Assembly (NCBI GenBank): GCA_036677065.1
Contig: JAKFBS010000001.1
Location: 224,001 to 288,000 of the forward strand
Direction of reading: 5' to 3'
Length of the DNA stretch: 64,000 bases
From: Bdellovibrio sp.
GTDB taxonomy: Bacteria > Bdellovibrionota > Bdellovibrionia > Bdellovibrionales > Bdellovibrionaceae
The notes below the pieces were generated by a model. The model was not told the DNA's origin. It saw only the letters and a list, made by a program, of their open reading frames with translations, and searched no databases. Made by a program: the position numbers and the translations under genes. The stretch's first letter is position 1. Each line of letters begins with the position of its first letter. Positions 1 through 11,341 of the stretch are shown here, piece by piece.

Positions 1-1280
<1,280 letters not shown>

Positions 1281-1282
<2 letters not shown>

Positions 1283-1310
1283 AAAAGCCGAAGTAAACTT
1301 CGGCATTTTT
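1281..1310. terminator. Bidirectional intrinsic terminator between ligA and the histone gene
   Basis: GCCGAAG-taaa-CTTCGGC hairpin flanked by an A-tract and a T-tract, between convergent genes. Confidence 0.8.
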
Positions 1311-1335
1311 ATATTCTTAAAATGTAAGAATTAAA

Positions 1336-1533
1336 CTAGATATGGTCGATAACAATATCACGAGCCATAACTGTTTTGCGGCCATCAGCTTTAGCTGATT
1401 CAATGCCTTTTGCACAAAGACGTTCAACGGCTTTAGTTAACATGTCGATTGTTTCGGCAGAGGTATTCATTTGGCCTTTTTCTTTGATGTATTTTTTTAC
1501 TTTGCTTGTAACCACTAAGATATCGTCAGACAT
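1336..1533 (-). CDS. Bacterial histone (Bd0055/HBb ortholog)
   Basis: 65 aa, LVVTSKVKK.IKEKGQMNTSAETID...AKADGRKTVMARDIVIDH, nearly identical to B. bacteriovorus Bd0055 as recalled. Histone-fold RKTV..RD motif. GGAGG RBS. Confidence 0.93.
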   Translation of the reverse strand: MSDDILVVTSKVKKYIKEKGQMNTSAETIDMLTKAVERLCAKGIESAKADGRKTVMARDIVIDHI

Positions 1534-1671
1534 GATTTGCCTCCAATTAAATTAAATTTAACTTACCTTAAAATGCTTACATACGATCTGGCGACTGACA
1601 AATAGTTTAAAACGCATTAGAGGATTCTTGTGCGCCGCGCTACAAAAATAGGCAACAGCTAGGCACTTAAG

Positions 1672-3087
1672 TTAGTTCGGTTTGCGGTGAAATTGGATCA
1701 ACTCGGCTTTACGCATCTCGGGGTTTTCCTCAGAGGGATAAATCCACACGTAATTGTTACGTTCTGACGCTTGCGTGCATTCAACATCGGTAAAAGCTGG
1801 TGACCAAGTTCCTGAATTTAAATGTTCAACTGATCCATAAAATTCATGGCGCGGAATATGGGTATGACCATAAACAATGCGATGCACTCCCGTAACTTCG
1901 GATTGCTGCGAAAATAATAATTCATCAGGCTCTTTATAAGTGCTTACTAATGAAGTGATCGAACGTGCATAAAACAGAAAAAATGGGATTAACAATAAAA
2001 TCGGAACAATTACCCAATAAAATGAAATCTGAAAAAGTAATTTTAGTTGAGCGATAATAACTAAAATACCAACTAAACCGAAGAAAATTAAAAGAGCGCG
2101 ATCAAGCCATAGCTCTTTAGCAATTAAGTACGGATTTTGTGTGGCCGGAGTGGCAAAAAATTCCTGAAGACCACGAACCACTTTGGGAGTGGTGTTTGAA
2201 TCTTTAGCCGCTTTTTCGACGATATCTTCCATTTTTTCTAATGGTTTAAAATTTTCGCCAAAGCGATCTAAAGTTACATGAATAAGTGTGGCCATTGCTC
2301 CCCAAAACCATGTCCAAATAATTAACGGCTGAGTCAGCAATAAATAGCGAAAGAAAAAACGCAAATAACCACTCACCGACATAATATAATTTTTTTCGAT
2401 GTGGGGATTAAATAATCCCATGCCATTCATAATGTACCTGCAGGCCACATTACCAAACGGTAGTCGAATGCGCAGTTCATTATAGTTGATGATAAAAGGA
2501 TTTAGTGGATTTTCGCATAAGCAATAGGGGTCTTGCTGATGCCCATGTTCAATCAAAGTGTCATTTTCGCTGATATAAAACCATTTTACAATTTTGACTC
2601 GCTTGGCATCTTCAGGCATCAAATTTAAAAAATCAAAAAAAGTCTTTTGTACTTTCGGAAAATGCAATTCGACGTCATGATTGCCCGGAATCAAAATCAA
2701 GGTATGCCCTTTTTCAACAAAACGGCGAAGAGCGTTGATGAAACCCGCGTGCTCTTCTAACACCACCTGCATTTTAAAAACAGAACGCTCTTCTCTGGGA
2801 AAAAGCCCACGGCGAGTTTCGATCCAGTGAAATTTATAAATCGGAGCTACGGGTAAAGCCATGACGCTATCAAAATCAAATATATCGCCATTTAAAATAA
2901 GCTCAATTGGTTGGCCTTGTGATTTGCGATCAATTTCATCCAGAAATTCAATTAACGCCGGATCCATAAAAAACTCTTTGGTTTTAAATTTTTTCCAAAG
3001 TGGATGGCGCACCTTAAATTTAGGGCGCGACGGTTCGGCATCCGTTAAATGAAGATCGCTGATAATAGCGGTGTACTTTAAACTCAC
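1672..3087 (-). CDS. Membrane-anchored calcineurin-like metallophosphoesterase
   Basis: DLH, GDIFD, GNHD, HGH and GHTH metal motifs. Two hydrophobic helices inserted before the last motif. Confidence 0.85.
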   Translation of the reverse strand: MSLKYTAIISDLHLTDAEPSRPKFKVRHPLWKKFKTKEFFMDPALIEFLDEIDRKSQGQPIELILNGDIFDFDSVMALPVAPIYKFHWIETRRGLFPREERSVFKMQVVLEEHAGFINALRRFVEKGHTLILIPGNHDVELHFPKVQKTFFDFLNLMPEDAKRVKIVKWFYISENDTLIEHGHQQDPYCLCENPLNPFIINYNELRIRLPFGNVACRYIMNGMGLFNPHIEKNYIMSVSGYLRFFFRYLLLTQPLIIWTWFWGAMATLIHVTLDRFGENFKPLEKMEDIVEKAAKDSNTTPKVVRGLQEFFATPATQNPYLIAKELWLDRALLIFFGLVGILVIIAQLKLLFQISFYWVIVPILLLIPFFLFYARSITSLVSTYKEPDELLFSQQSEVTGVHRIVYGHTHIPRHEFYGSVEHLNSGTWSPAFTDVECTQASERNNYVWIYPSEENPEMRKAELIQFHRKPN

Positions 3088-3136
3088 AATGACATTGTTT
3101 CATGAGTCTGTTTTAATGTCTATACAGGTAGATTTT

Positions 3137-4435
3137 ATGTCGCAAAATAAATTAGAAAAATTTAAAAAACCGTTCGTTGTTGTAGGTCTGGGTAAATCAG
3201 GTATGGCTGCCGTGCAGTTACTTAAAAATACCGGCTTAGCCGCAACTGATGTTTTATTATTCGATGAAAAAAAAGAAGGCGACTTAAAATCCTGGGACGA
3301 TATCGTAAAATTGCCTGCGGGAACATTAGTTGTTTCACCGGGAGTTCCGCTTAAAGGCCCACATATCCAAAAGCTAGCAGCTCTTGGCTGGGGTTTAATT
3401 TCAGAAATTACCTTGGCTTGCCAGTATCTAACCGATGAAAAATTAATCGGCATTACCGGGTCAGTAGCTAAAAGCACAGTGACTTCATTAGTGGGCGCAG
3501 CCCTTTTAAACGATGATCCGCATGCATTTGTTGGTGGTAATTTAGGTGTGCCTTTTTGTGAATACGCTGTGGGGTTACAACAAGGTAAAAGCAAAGCCAA
3601 ATATATCGTGCTTGAGCTTTCAAGCTATCAATTAGAAAACTGCAAAGATTTAAAATTAGAAAATTCGGCCATCACCTATTTGTCGGCAAATCATTTAGAG
3701 CGTTACAGTTCTTCAGATGAATACTATATGACAAAATGTTTTATTGGTCAGATTACTAAAAATATTTGTGTTTTAAATTCAGCTTCTGAAGATAATGTTA
3801 AATATGTCTCTCGCGTGCCGTGTAAAACCCTGTTGACTGAAGCTAAAACTTTTTCTCAGGCTGAACTGTTGAAACAAGTTAAACTTTTAGGTGCGCACAA
3901 CAAAGATAATTTCAGTGTGGCTTATGAATTAGTTAAAGCTACGGGCTTATCTGAAAAAGCGATCATGGCGATGTGTAATTTTACCGGGCTGTCTCACCGT
4001 ATTGAATTTGTTGCCGAACATAAGCAGGTTTCCTATATCAATGATAGCAAAGCAACAGCTATGGATTCAGTTCTGGTGGCTGTGCAAGCTGCGCAAGAAA
4101 AAGCCGGTAGTGCAGGTTTAGTCTATTCATTATTAGGCGGAAAAGATAAAAACCTTCCGTGGGAAGAATTAAAAGTTATAGCTAAAGAAAAGCAAGTTCA
4201 GCCGATCTTTTTTGGAGCATGCGGTGAATTAGCCCGCGAAAAAATGCAGATGTTAGATTGTCCGTATTTCGCAAAATTAAACGATGCCCTAGATACAGTA
4301 TTTAAGAAAACCAGAGCCCACGATGTAGTTTTATTAAGCCCTGGTGGAACAAGCTTAGATGAATTTAAAAATTTTGAAGAGCGCGGAAATTTCTTTAAAG
4401 AAAAAGTAAAAACTTTTATTCAGCAAAATGGCTAA
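3137..4435 (+). CDS. murD: UDP-N-acetylmuramoyl-L-alanine--D-glutamate ligase
   Basis: GLGKSG, SPGVP, ITGS.AKST, ELSSYQLE, NHLERY, NDSKAT, LLSPG...FKNFEERG. Start moved to MSQNK (3137) to avoid overlap with the divergent gene. Confidence 0.93.
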   Translation: MSQNKLEKFKKPFVVVGLGKSGMAAVQLLKNTGLAATDVLLFDEKKEGDLKSWDDIVKLPAGTLVVSPGVPLKGPHIQKLAALGWGLISEITLACQYLTDEKLIGITGSVAKSTVTSLVGAALLNDDPHAFVGGNLGVPFCEYAVGLQQGKSKAKYIVLELSSYQLENCKDLKLENSAITYLSANHLERYSSSDEYYMTKCFIGQITKNICVLNSASEDNVKYVSRVPCKTLLTEAKTFSQAELLKQVKLLGAHNKDNFSVAYELVKATGLSEKAIMAMCNFTGLSHRIEFVAEHKQVSYINDSKATAMDSVLVAVQAAQEKAGSAGLVYSLLGGKDKNLPWEELKVIAKEKQVQPIFFGACGELAREKMQMLDCPYFAKLNDALDTVFKKTRAHDVVLLSPGGTSLDEFKNFEERGNFFKEKVKTFIQQNG

Positions 4436-6215
4436 CAAATAACACTGAAGGACGGCTATAGAATACCGTTGAAAAGGTTCTTTCAGTTTTTTGGTCTTGT
4501 AAGATAAATTCTTGAATACCTTGTTTGATATTAAACGCTACGAAACCACCGCCGATAACTTGCTTAGGCACCAGGTTTCCAGCTTGGTCGAAAAATATAA
4601 TATTCGCTGGATTATAAGTTTCATCAGTCACGCTCACATCAAAGTAGTTATACGGTGTAAAACCTACGTAAGTTGAAGTGTCTGCTTCGATTTGAATTTG
4701 CGTCTGAGCCTGTACGTATTCAATGAACGCTTCTTTAATCTGTGGTAAGTGTAAATGATCTTTGTTTAAGCTTTGAATGTACACGTAAGCTGCGTAATCA
4801 CGAATTAACGGGCGATTTACGATCTCAGTTAAGCCAAATTGCGAATTGTGACGGTAACGTAATAAATCACCTTCTATAGAAAGAATGTCTTGTTGTCCTG
4901 GCACCATTAACTCAGTCATGATTTGTTCGCCCGTCAGAGCATCAAAACTTCTGGCAATAACAGAAGTTGGTAAAGCTGATGAAAAGATCTCTTGGTAAGA
5001 CACGGTATCAAGAGCTACTAAGAACTGTTGTGTTCCTAAGCGGCGATCACCCATGTAAGCCGTGATTTCGTAAGCACCTTCATTTAAACCTGGAATAATA
5101 AAATATCCATTTTCAGAAGAGTAATTTTGCGATTGTTGCGGAATTAAAAATTGATCTAAGTAGTAAGGCTCTAAACCTGGTTGGTTCTCGATCATCACTT
5201 GAGCACCTTGAACCGGTTTACCATCGACAAGTATCCGGCCGATGATAATTCCCGTTTCAGGCAAAAATTGAATTTGTAATTGTTCAGATAAGTAATCAAC
5301 TGCGCCGGCAACCCATTTGCGCGAAAACAACACCGTATCACTACGATCAGCCGACGAGCGCACTGTTAAGGTCGAAGCTACAGCTCCAGTAGTATCTTTG
5401 ATGAATCCAAGCGTTGACGAATGTCGCGCGACATTGGGATAGACGTCAGTCGTTTTTTTTAGATCAAAATGGCCTGAGAAAAAACTAGCCTGCAAGTTCT
5501 TATCAACTTTTCGTGAATCCACTGAGCGGGCGTTGAAAGCAAAAGCTGAAGGGCGGCCTAATCTTAGAGTTGGGCCTTCGAAAAACTGACCCGCACGTTT
5601 TAAGTTATAAATTTTTTGGCGGTCTTCACCAATCAATAAACCAGAGATATCTTTTACTTCAGCTACGATTTCACCTTCGAAAGCACCAACAGCGATTTGG
5701 TATTGGCCGGCACGTAAATCAACTTGGCCCACTTCGATAGATTGACCTTCGAACACTCGTTTTAAAACCACTAAGTGATCAACGATACCAACACCATCTT
5801 TTAATTCGAATTGCCCGCGAATCACAGCGCCTTCAGACATTTGGGTAAATGTCGGTATAACAGAGCTTTGCGGTTGTTTTGTAAGTAGTACTTGTAACTG
5901 GCGGTCAGCTTCAGCATTTAATTCAGCTTTATCAATTTTAATTTCAGCAACTGAAGCTACAGCTGTTACTTCTTCAATGTTTTCTGTAGAAAGTTGCACA
6001 ACACGGTTATGGCTCGCTAATTCGCGCAACTGTTGTTGTTTGGCTAATTGAAGGTTTTTTTGAATGATCTGAGATTGCTGAAATAAATTGTAGGCAGGAG
6101 TATTGCGCTCTTGAGTAATTGTTAATGGTTTTGTGACCATCACAATATTAGATTTTTCTATTTTTGGAGAATAGAGAAATGTCAGAGGTAAAATAAAAGC
6201 CAGTAGATATGCCAT
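4416..6215 (-). CDS. Exported hypothetical protein with carboxypeptidase-regulatory-like (Ig-type) repeats
   Basis: N-terminal hydrophobic anchor. GRILVDGKPVQGAQV...NGYFIIPGL.EGAYEI pattern. Confidence 0.6.
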   Translation of the reverse strand: MAYLLAFILPLTFLYSPKIEKSNIVMVTKPLTITQERNTPAYNLFQQSQIIQKNLQLAKQQQLRELASHNRVVQLSTENIEEVTAVASVAEIKIDKAELNAEADRQLQVLLTKQPQSSVIPTFTQMSEGAVIRGQFELKDGVGIVDHLVVLKRVFEGQSIEVGQVDLRAGQYQIAVGAFEGEIVAEVKDISGLLIGEDRQKIYNLKRAGQFFEGPTLRLGRPSAFAFNARSVDSRKVDKNLQASFFSGHFDLKKTTDVYPNVARHSSTLGFIKDTTGAVASTLTVRSSADRSDTVLFSRKWVAGAVDYLSEQLQIQFLPETGIIIGRILVDGKPVQGAQVMIENQPGLEPYYLDQFLIPQQSQNYSSENGYFIIPGLNEGAYEITAYMGDRRLGTQQFLVALDTVSYQEIFSSALPTSVIARSFDALTGEQIMTELMVPGQQDILSIEGDLLRYRHNSQFGLTEIVNRPLIRDYAAYVYIQSLNKDHLHLPQIKEAFIEYVQAQTQIQIEADTSTYVGFTPYNYFDVSVTDETYNPANIIFFDQAGNLVPKQVIGGGFVAFNIKQGIQEFILQDQKTERTFSTVFYSRPSVLFVSHFAE

Positions 6216-6232
6216 GCCTACCTATAGGATAT

Positions 6233-6667
6233 TTAGAATACCTCTTCGGCGTCAATGGCTTGGTAAGTATCGAGACTTTTGTTAAGGGCGCGCTTGATCT
6301 CTAGAGCCCGCTTCTGGGTTAGACTTTCGTCGATTCCTAGGTCGACAAAGGTCATGGTTTCCAGATCCAGAGCCTCCTTAGAGACTTGCACGCTAATTTC
6401 GTAAGGTCTGCGCGGGCCTAAGATCACAACTTTTGTGTAATAGCGCGCTTTAATTTTTTTACCTTCGTCTAGGTCTTCAAACTTGCGATTATGATAGGTC
6501 GAGCTTAATTCGCGGCCGTTAAGGCTGATAATGCGCGGTTTTCCAATGATGGCAGTGATTGCTTTGCGCGTTTCAGGAACTGGAAGAGTTGAATCTTCAA
6601 TATAATAGGCTGTAGTTGTACAGCCAGATAAAAATATTAGTAATAAAAACGCGCTAAATAATTTCAC
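6233..6667 (-). CDS. Hypothetical lipoprotein
   Basis: Signal peptide with LSGC lipobox. Confidence 0.7.
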   Translation of the reverse strand: MKLFSAFLLLIFLSGCTTTAYYIEDSTLPVPETRKAITAIIGKPRIISLNGRELSSTYHNRKFEDLDEGKKIKARYYTKVVILGPRRPYEISVQVSKEALDLETMTFVDLGIDESLTQKRALEIKRALNKSLDTYQAIDAEEVF

Positions 6668-6685
6668 TCTTTAATATAATAGTGA

Positions 6686-7324
6686 CTATTTTTTATTCCA
6701 GTCAGCTAAAAACATCTCAATGCCTTTAGATGTTAACGGATGTCCAGTCATTTGCTGCATAACTTTAAATGGAATAGTCGCAATATCTGCTCCCATCATT
6801 GCCGCATGTTGGATGTGCATCGGAGATCTAACCGAAGCCACTAAAACTTCAGTTTCAAAATCATATTGTTGATACATTTGGATAACGTCAGCGACCATGC
6901 TCATGCCATCTGTTCCAATATCATCAAGGCGACCCACGAACGGAGACACCATTGAAGCACCGGCTTTAGCAGCTAAAAGAGCCTGCACCACAGAGAATAC
7001 TAAAGTGACGTTAGTTTTGATTCCCATAGCTGTGAATTTTTTTACAGCGATCATGCCGTCTTCACACATAGGAACTTTAACAACCACGTTATCAGCAAGT
7101 TTTGCTAACACTTGGCCTTCTTTAACCATTTCTTCAGCTTTAAGAGAAATAACTTCAGCCGAAACAGGGCCTGTCGTGATTTTACAAATTTCTTTGATCA
7201 CTTCATGAAAATCGCGACCTGATTTTGCAATCAATGTTGGATTTGTTGTAACGCCGTCAACCCAACCGCGATCATTAGCCATTTTAATTTCATTCACATC
7301 AGCTGTATCAATAAAGAATTTCAT
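6686..7324 (-). CDS. tal: Transaldolase (TalC/FSA family, type 3)
   Basis: [14 protein letters not shown], Schiff-base Lys in VVKVP. SAEV (Glu) and SPFVGR (Phe) are the transaldolase residues rather than the FSA Gln/Tyr. Confidence 0.9.
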   Translation of the reverse strand: MKFFIDTADVNEIKMANDRGWVDGVTTNPTLIAKSGRDFHEVIKEICKITTGPVSAEVISLKAEEMVKEGQVLAKLADNVVVKVPMCEDGMIAVKKFTAMGIKTNVTLVFSVVQALLAAKAGASMVSPFVGRLDDIGTDGMSMVADVIQMYQQYDFETEVLVASVRSPMHIQHAAMMGADIATIPFKVMQQMTGHPLTSKGIEMFLADWNKK

Positions 7325-7325
7325 T

Positions 7326-8063
7326 TTATTTTTTCCTTTTCGCGGTAGAAGGGGTCATTAAATCATCCATAGAATATAAACCTGCAGGCTGTTTGACAAT
7401 CCACAGTGCAGCTTTGAGTGCTCCTTCAGCAAACACTGTGCGATTTAAAGCATTGTGCTCAAGTTTAATCATTTCACTTTGCGAAGCTGCAGTGATCGTG
7501 TGAATGCCGAATACGCCACCTAAACGGTGTCCGACTGCTGGAGCAATTTTTTTACCGACAGCTTTTTCTAAATCTTTGTGCAAGGTCACTGCCGTGCCAC
7601 TTGGATTATCTTTTTTCTGGGTGTGGTGAATTTCTTCTAAAGCAAAATCAAAATGAGAAATTGTTGAAAGAGTTTTAATGGCTTGGCGAACGGTCCACAG
7701 ACCAACACTCATATTCGAAGCCCAAAAAACCGCAGTTTTTTTGCTAGAAGCTTCAACTTTGCTAAATTGATTATTTTCAAAACCAGTTGTTCCGCTGATT
7801 AACGGTTTTCTAGTTTGTTGAATGATAGGCAGCAATTGCAATAAACCTTCGGGGCGTGAAAAATCAATCCACACATCAACTTGTTTTAAAGTTTTGTCAG
7901 AAACTTTTTTTAAATCAGAAAAACTTAAATTAAAATCACCAGTGGGTTTTTTGCAAATTTCTATTAAGGCATTAAAATCGCTATTGCTTTTTAACAGCTG
8001 GCGAATGGCTACGCCCATTTTACCTGTTGAGCCCAATAAACCGATTTGAATCTTTTTGGCCAT
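7326..8063 (-). CDS. dapB: 4-hydroxy-tetrahydrodipicolinate reductase
   Basis: [47 protein letters not shown]. Confidence 0.95.
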   Translation of the reverse strand: MAKKIQIGLLGSTGKMGVAIRQLLKSNSDFNALIEICKKPTGDFNLSFSDLKKVSDKTLKQVDVWIDFSRPEGLLQLLPIIQQTRKPLISGTTGFENNQFSKVEASSKKTAVFWASNMSVGLWTVRQAIKTLSTISHFDFALEEIHHTQKKDNPSGTAVTLHKDLEKAVGKKIAPAVGHRLGGVFGIHTITAASQSEMIKLEHNALNRTVFAEGALKAALWIVKQPAGLYSMDDLMTPSTAKRKK

Positions 8064-8959
8064 TATAGTAATCCTAAACTTTCCATTTCGGCTGTGATTT
8101 CTTTGTGAAATTTTTCATCAAGAGTCACAAGTGGTAATCGCATTTCAGGAGACTTGATTAAACCTTTTCTAAAAAGCATCCATTTAAGCGGGATTGGATT
8201 AGCTTCACAGTACATTAAACCGATTAATTTTAGATATTTTTTGAAATCAGTTTCTGCTTCAGAAACTTTTCCGCTCATCATTAAATCTGTCCAGCGTGTC
8301 GATTCTTTAGTGATGATATTTGACATCACTGAAATTACGCCTTTGCCACCAAGTTTTAAAAATTCGATGTAGGTTGGATCATCTCCTGAAAGCATTAAAA
8401 AATTTTTCGGAACACGATTTATTAATTCTTGGTCAAATTTAATATCACCAGTAGCTTCTTTAATACCCAAGATATTTCGTGTTTCAGAAAGCTCAGCCAC
8501 AGTGTCTACCGTCATACCAGTGATTGTGCGGCCGGGAACATTATAAAGAATAACAGGAACTTCAGAATTTTTTGCGACAGCTTTAAAATGTTCAACTAAA
8601 CCGCGCTGTGGAGGCTTGTTGTAATAAGGAACGACCACTAAAGCCGCATTCGCACCTAACTCAGAAGCTTTTTTAGTCGCTTCAATCGTTTTTTCAGTTG
8701 AGTTAGAACCTGTTCCTAAAATTAACGGAAAGTTCATTCCAGCTTGCGCACGCACCATCGAAAAAATTTTAGTCACTTCAGCAGGTTTTAAAGTTGGGCT
8801 TTCTGCAGTTGTTCCGTTAACAACAAACCCTTTGATGCCATTATCAAGTTGGTAAGCAACTAACTTTTCTAAAGACGCGTAATCGACTTCACCATTGATA
8901 AATGGCGTAATTAAAGCTGAGATAGCTCCGTTAAAATCAGTTCGTCGTTGTTGTTGCAT
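8063..8959 (-). CDS. dapA: 4-hydroxy-tetrahydrodipicolinate synthase
   Basis: ALITPF, GTTAE, PYYNKP, YNVPGRT, GIKEATG, LSGDD. Confidence 0.96.
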   Translation of the reverse strand: MQQQRRTDFNGAISALITPFINGEVDYASLEKLVAYQLDNGIKGFVVNGTTAESPTLKPAEVTKIFSMVRAQAGMNFPLILGTGSNSTEKTIEATKKASELGANAALVVVPYYNKPPQRGLVEHFKAVAKNSEVPVILYNVPGRTITGMTVDTVAELSETRNILGIKEATGDIKFDQELINRVPKNFLMLSGDDPTYIEFLKLGGKGVISVMSNIITKESTRWTDLMMSGKVSEAETDFKKYLKLIGLMYCEANPIPLKWMLFRKGLIKSPEMRLPLVTLDEKFHKEITAEMESLGLL

Positions 8960-9713
8960 CGTAGTCTCCTAATTGGACAGCAGATCCGGTCATTAATGGA
9001 TTTTTTAAATCAGAAAGGTTCATTTTAAGCAAACCACCTGGCATTTCAACAAAAGTTTCATTCTGCCCGCGCTTGCTTAAATTATAATAAGCCGCAGCCA
9101 TGGCACCTGTGCCACAGGCATCGGTGAAGTCTTCAACACCGCGTTCGTAAGATACGGCTTTTAATTTATTAGAAGCTGTTTCTAAATGCACTAAAGTGAC
9201 ATTGGTGCCGCGGGGCTGAAAGTCTGCTTGAAAACGCAAATCACGGCAGTAAGATTTTAGATCGCGGTATTTTGGAAAATCAGGAATTTCAATCACGATG
9301 TGTGGAACACCCGTGTCGCACCAAAAATATTTTTCATGAACAAACTTCTCGATTGCCGTCATCTTAACTTCAAAAAGTTCTTTGTCTAAAATTTTAATAT
9401 CAATAGGGCCGGCAATGGTCTGTAATTTTAAATGATTTCCGTCGATGTGCAGGATGTTTTTTGCATAATAAGCCACGCAGCGGGTGGCATTACCGCACAT
9501 TTCGGCCATCGAACCATCGTTATTATAAAAATCCCATTGCAAGTGATGCTGATTTTCATCAAGCCAAGATAAGAAAATAAAACCATCGGTTTTAGTTGTT
9601 TCACAAACGGCACGTACAAATTTTGGACGATCAGAAATACCTTTTGCCTCAGAAGAATCCCAAGTGACTGAAAAAGTATTACCGGCGCCAGAAAGTTGAT
9701 GCGTATGAATCAT
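8937..9713 (-). CDS. dapF: Diaminopimelate epimerase
   Basis: GAGN, NNDGSMAEMCGNATRC, TGVPH, YERGVE..TDACGTGA. Confidence 0.95.
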   Translation of the reverse strand: MIHTHQLSGAGNTFSVTWDSSEAKGISDRPKFVRAVCETTKTDGFIFLSWLDENQHHLQWDFYNNDGSMAEMCGNATRCVAYYAKNILHIDGNHLKLQTIAGPIDIKILDKELFEVKMTAIEKFVHEKYFWCDTGVPHIVIEIPDFPKYRDLKSYCRDLRFQADFQPRGTNVTLVHLETASNKLKAVSYERGVEDFTDACGTGAMAAAYYNLSKRGQNETFVEMPGGLLKMNLSDLKNPLMTGSAVQLGDYDATTTTN

Positions 9714-9717
9714 AGGA

Positions 9718-9894
9718 TTACTTTTTTTTCTTTTTAACAGGCAAAGTTTTTAAAGGTGTCGTTTCTGAAACCGTTTTGGTTTTTTCAGCCTCAACACTTG
9801 GTAACGGGGCTTCAGGAATCGGTGGTAATGGTTTACCTTTAATGCCACAGGCACTTAAAGATGAAATAAAGAATAAAGCTAACAACGATTTCAT
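9718..9894 (-). CDS. Small lipoprotein, LptM (YifL/LppL)-like; absent from ORF track
   Basis: Hand-translated 58 aa: MKSLLALFFISSLSACGIKGKPLPPIPEAPLPSVEAEKTKTVSETTPLKTLPVKKKKK. LSAC lipobox followed by GIKG.P. ATGA overlap with the upstream gene; stop 4 nt before dapF. Confidence 0.75.
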   Translation of the reverse strand: MKSLLALFFISSLSACGIKGKPLPPIPEAPLPSVEAEKTKTVSETTPLKTLPVKKKKK

Positions 9895-10769
9895 TTTAAA
9901 GTCCTTCTACAGAAATCAATATCGAAAAAATATTTGCGCGCAATCTCAGGAGAAACGGCCTCACATTTTTTTTTGTAAATTGTAACCACGTTTAATAAAT
10001 TCTCAATTGAATCTTCGCCGTAAGTATGGCGATGCAATTGGGCGCGCATTAAAATCACATCGATATAGTCAGGGGCTATCTGATGCAAGCGATCAAGGGA
10101 TTCTTTCGCCAATAGGTAATTTTTTGCCAAAATAGAACGATCGAATTCTAAGATCGCTGCTAATAGCTGCGCATCGTACAGTTCGTTTTTTCCGGTAGCA
10201 TCAAATTGTAAATTAATAAAATCATCCTGAGTTTTATCTAACGACAGAATGAGTGGTCGAAGTTCTGGAACATCAAGAGCTGTAGTTTTCATTTTTTCTA
10301 AAAATAATGAATAGCGGCTATTGTTCTTGTTATTAGCTTTAGCTTCAGCCCATAGACACATAAATTGATCGGGATCGATCGACAGACATTTCTGTGTATT
10401 TTTTAATGAGACTTTAGCTTGATTTAAATACTGGCTTGAAGCCAGTTCAAAAAAATCCTGAGCTTCTGATGATAAAAAAGAACTCATCACAACTAATTTT
10501 AACTGACTGATTTTTTTCTGTAATTCAGGAACCAAATTTGTGCGGTTTAAATCTTGGATGATATCTAAAGCTTGCGGCCGTTGTTTTAATAATAACAACG
10601 TTGTGATTTTCTTTTTGGCTTCATCAATTCTTTGTTCTTGGGTTTTAAGCTGTGCTTTAAGAACAGAAGGCTTATTGGGAACAGCGCCCCAAGCAGATTG
10701 ATTAAGCCCTAAAATAGAAAAAGCCGCGATGAACGCGGCTTTTCCAAAAGATTGAAAAGAAATCGACAT
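9891..10769 (-). CDS. Exported helical/TPR-like hypothetical protein
   Basis: Signal peptide (AWG/A), TPR-like helices (IDPD, IAPDY), terminal Cys pair. Confidence 0.6.
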   Translation of the reverse strand: MSISFQSFGKAAFIAAFSILGLNQSAWGAVPNKPSVLKAQLKTQEQRIDEAKKKITTLLLLKQRPQALDIIQDLNRTNLVPELQKKISQLKLVVMSSFLSSEAQDFFELASSQYLNQAKVSLKNTQKCLSIDPDQFMCLWAEAKANNKNNSRYSLFLEKMKTTALDVPELRPLILSLDKTQDDFINLQFDATGKNELYDAQLLAAILEFDRSILAKNYLLAKESLDRLHQIAPDYIDVILMRAQLHRHTYGEDSIENLLNVVTIYKKKCEAVSPEIARKYFFDIDFCRRTLK

Positions 10770-11341
10770 TAATTCTTTTTAAATGAAGTTAACTCGATTG
10801 TCACCTTTCCAAGTGGGCTGTCGCTCATAGACTTAGCCATACCGTTAACTGGGATATCGCGGCCGTTAACCCATTGCTCAGTAATTTGAGCGTTGTTACC
10901 GTTATCTTGGATTTTGATGTACATAGTTTTGAAAGTTCCTGCTGGAACAGTCACTTGCGCTTCTTTTTGGTCGATGATTTCGTAGTTGGCTACAGGAACA
11001 GCTTGTTCTTTACCATCAACTAGCATTTTTTTAGTTTCGCCAGTGTTCATATCGATTAAAGCTTCAACTTTTTGCTTTTGGATCAATAAATTGATGTCTT
11101 GAACTAACCAAGCTTCAGTTCTGTCAGCGTTAATTTCGCGCACGAACATTTTCATAGTTCCAGGAATGAATCCCATAGATAATTTGTAGTTATTTTCATC
11201 GCCTACATTCCAAGGTAAACCCATTGCAACAACGTCTTGCATAACAGCTTGTTGGCTGGCGAATAAGATATGTGCAGGTGAATTAGCTTGAGCCACAGCT
11301 GATAAAGCTAAAACGGCAGTAACGATTAATGATTTAAACAT
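10769..11341 (-). CDS. Secreted hypothetical protein
   Basis: Signal peptide (AQA/N), VTVPAGTF motif, AGGAGG RBS. Confidence 0.7.
   Translation of the reverse strand: MFKSLIVTAVLALSAVAQANSPAHILFASQQAVMQDVVAMGLPWNVGDENNYKLSMGFIPGTMKMFVREINADRTEAWLVQDINLLIQKQKVEALIDMNTGETKKMLVDGKEQAVPVANYEIIDQKEAQVTVPAGTFKTMYIKIQDNGNNAQITEQWVNGRDIPVNGMAKSMSDSPLGKVTIELTSFKKN

Noticed and set aside
9776..9985. 69-aa plus-strand ORF
   Set aside because: Antisense to the better-supported LptM-like lipoprotein and its upstream gene.
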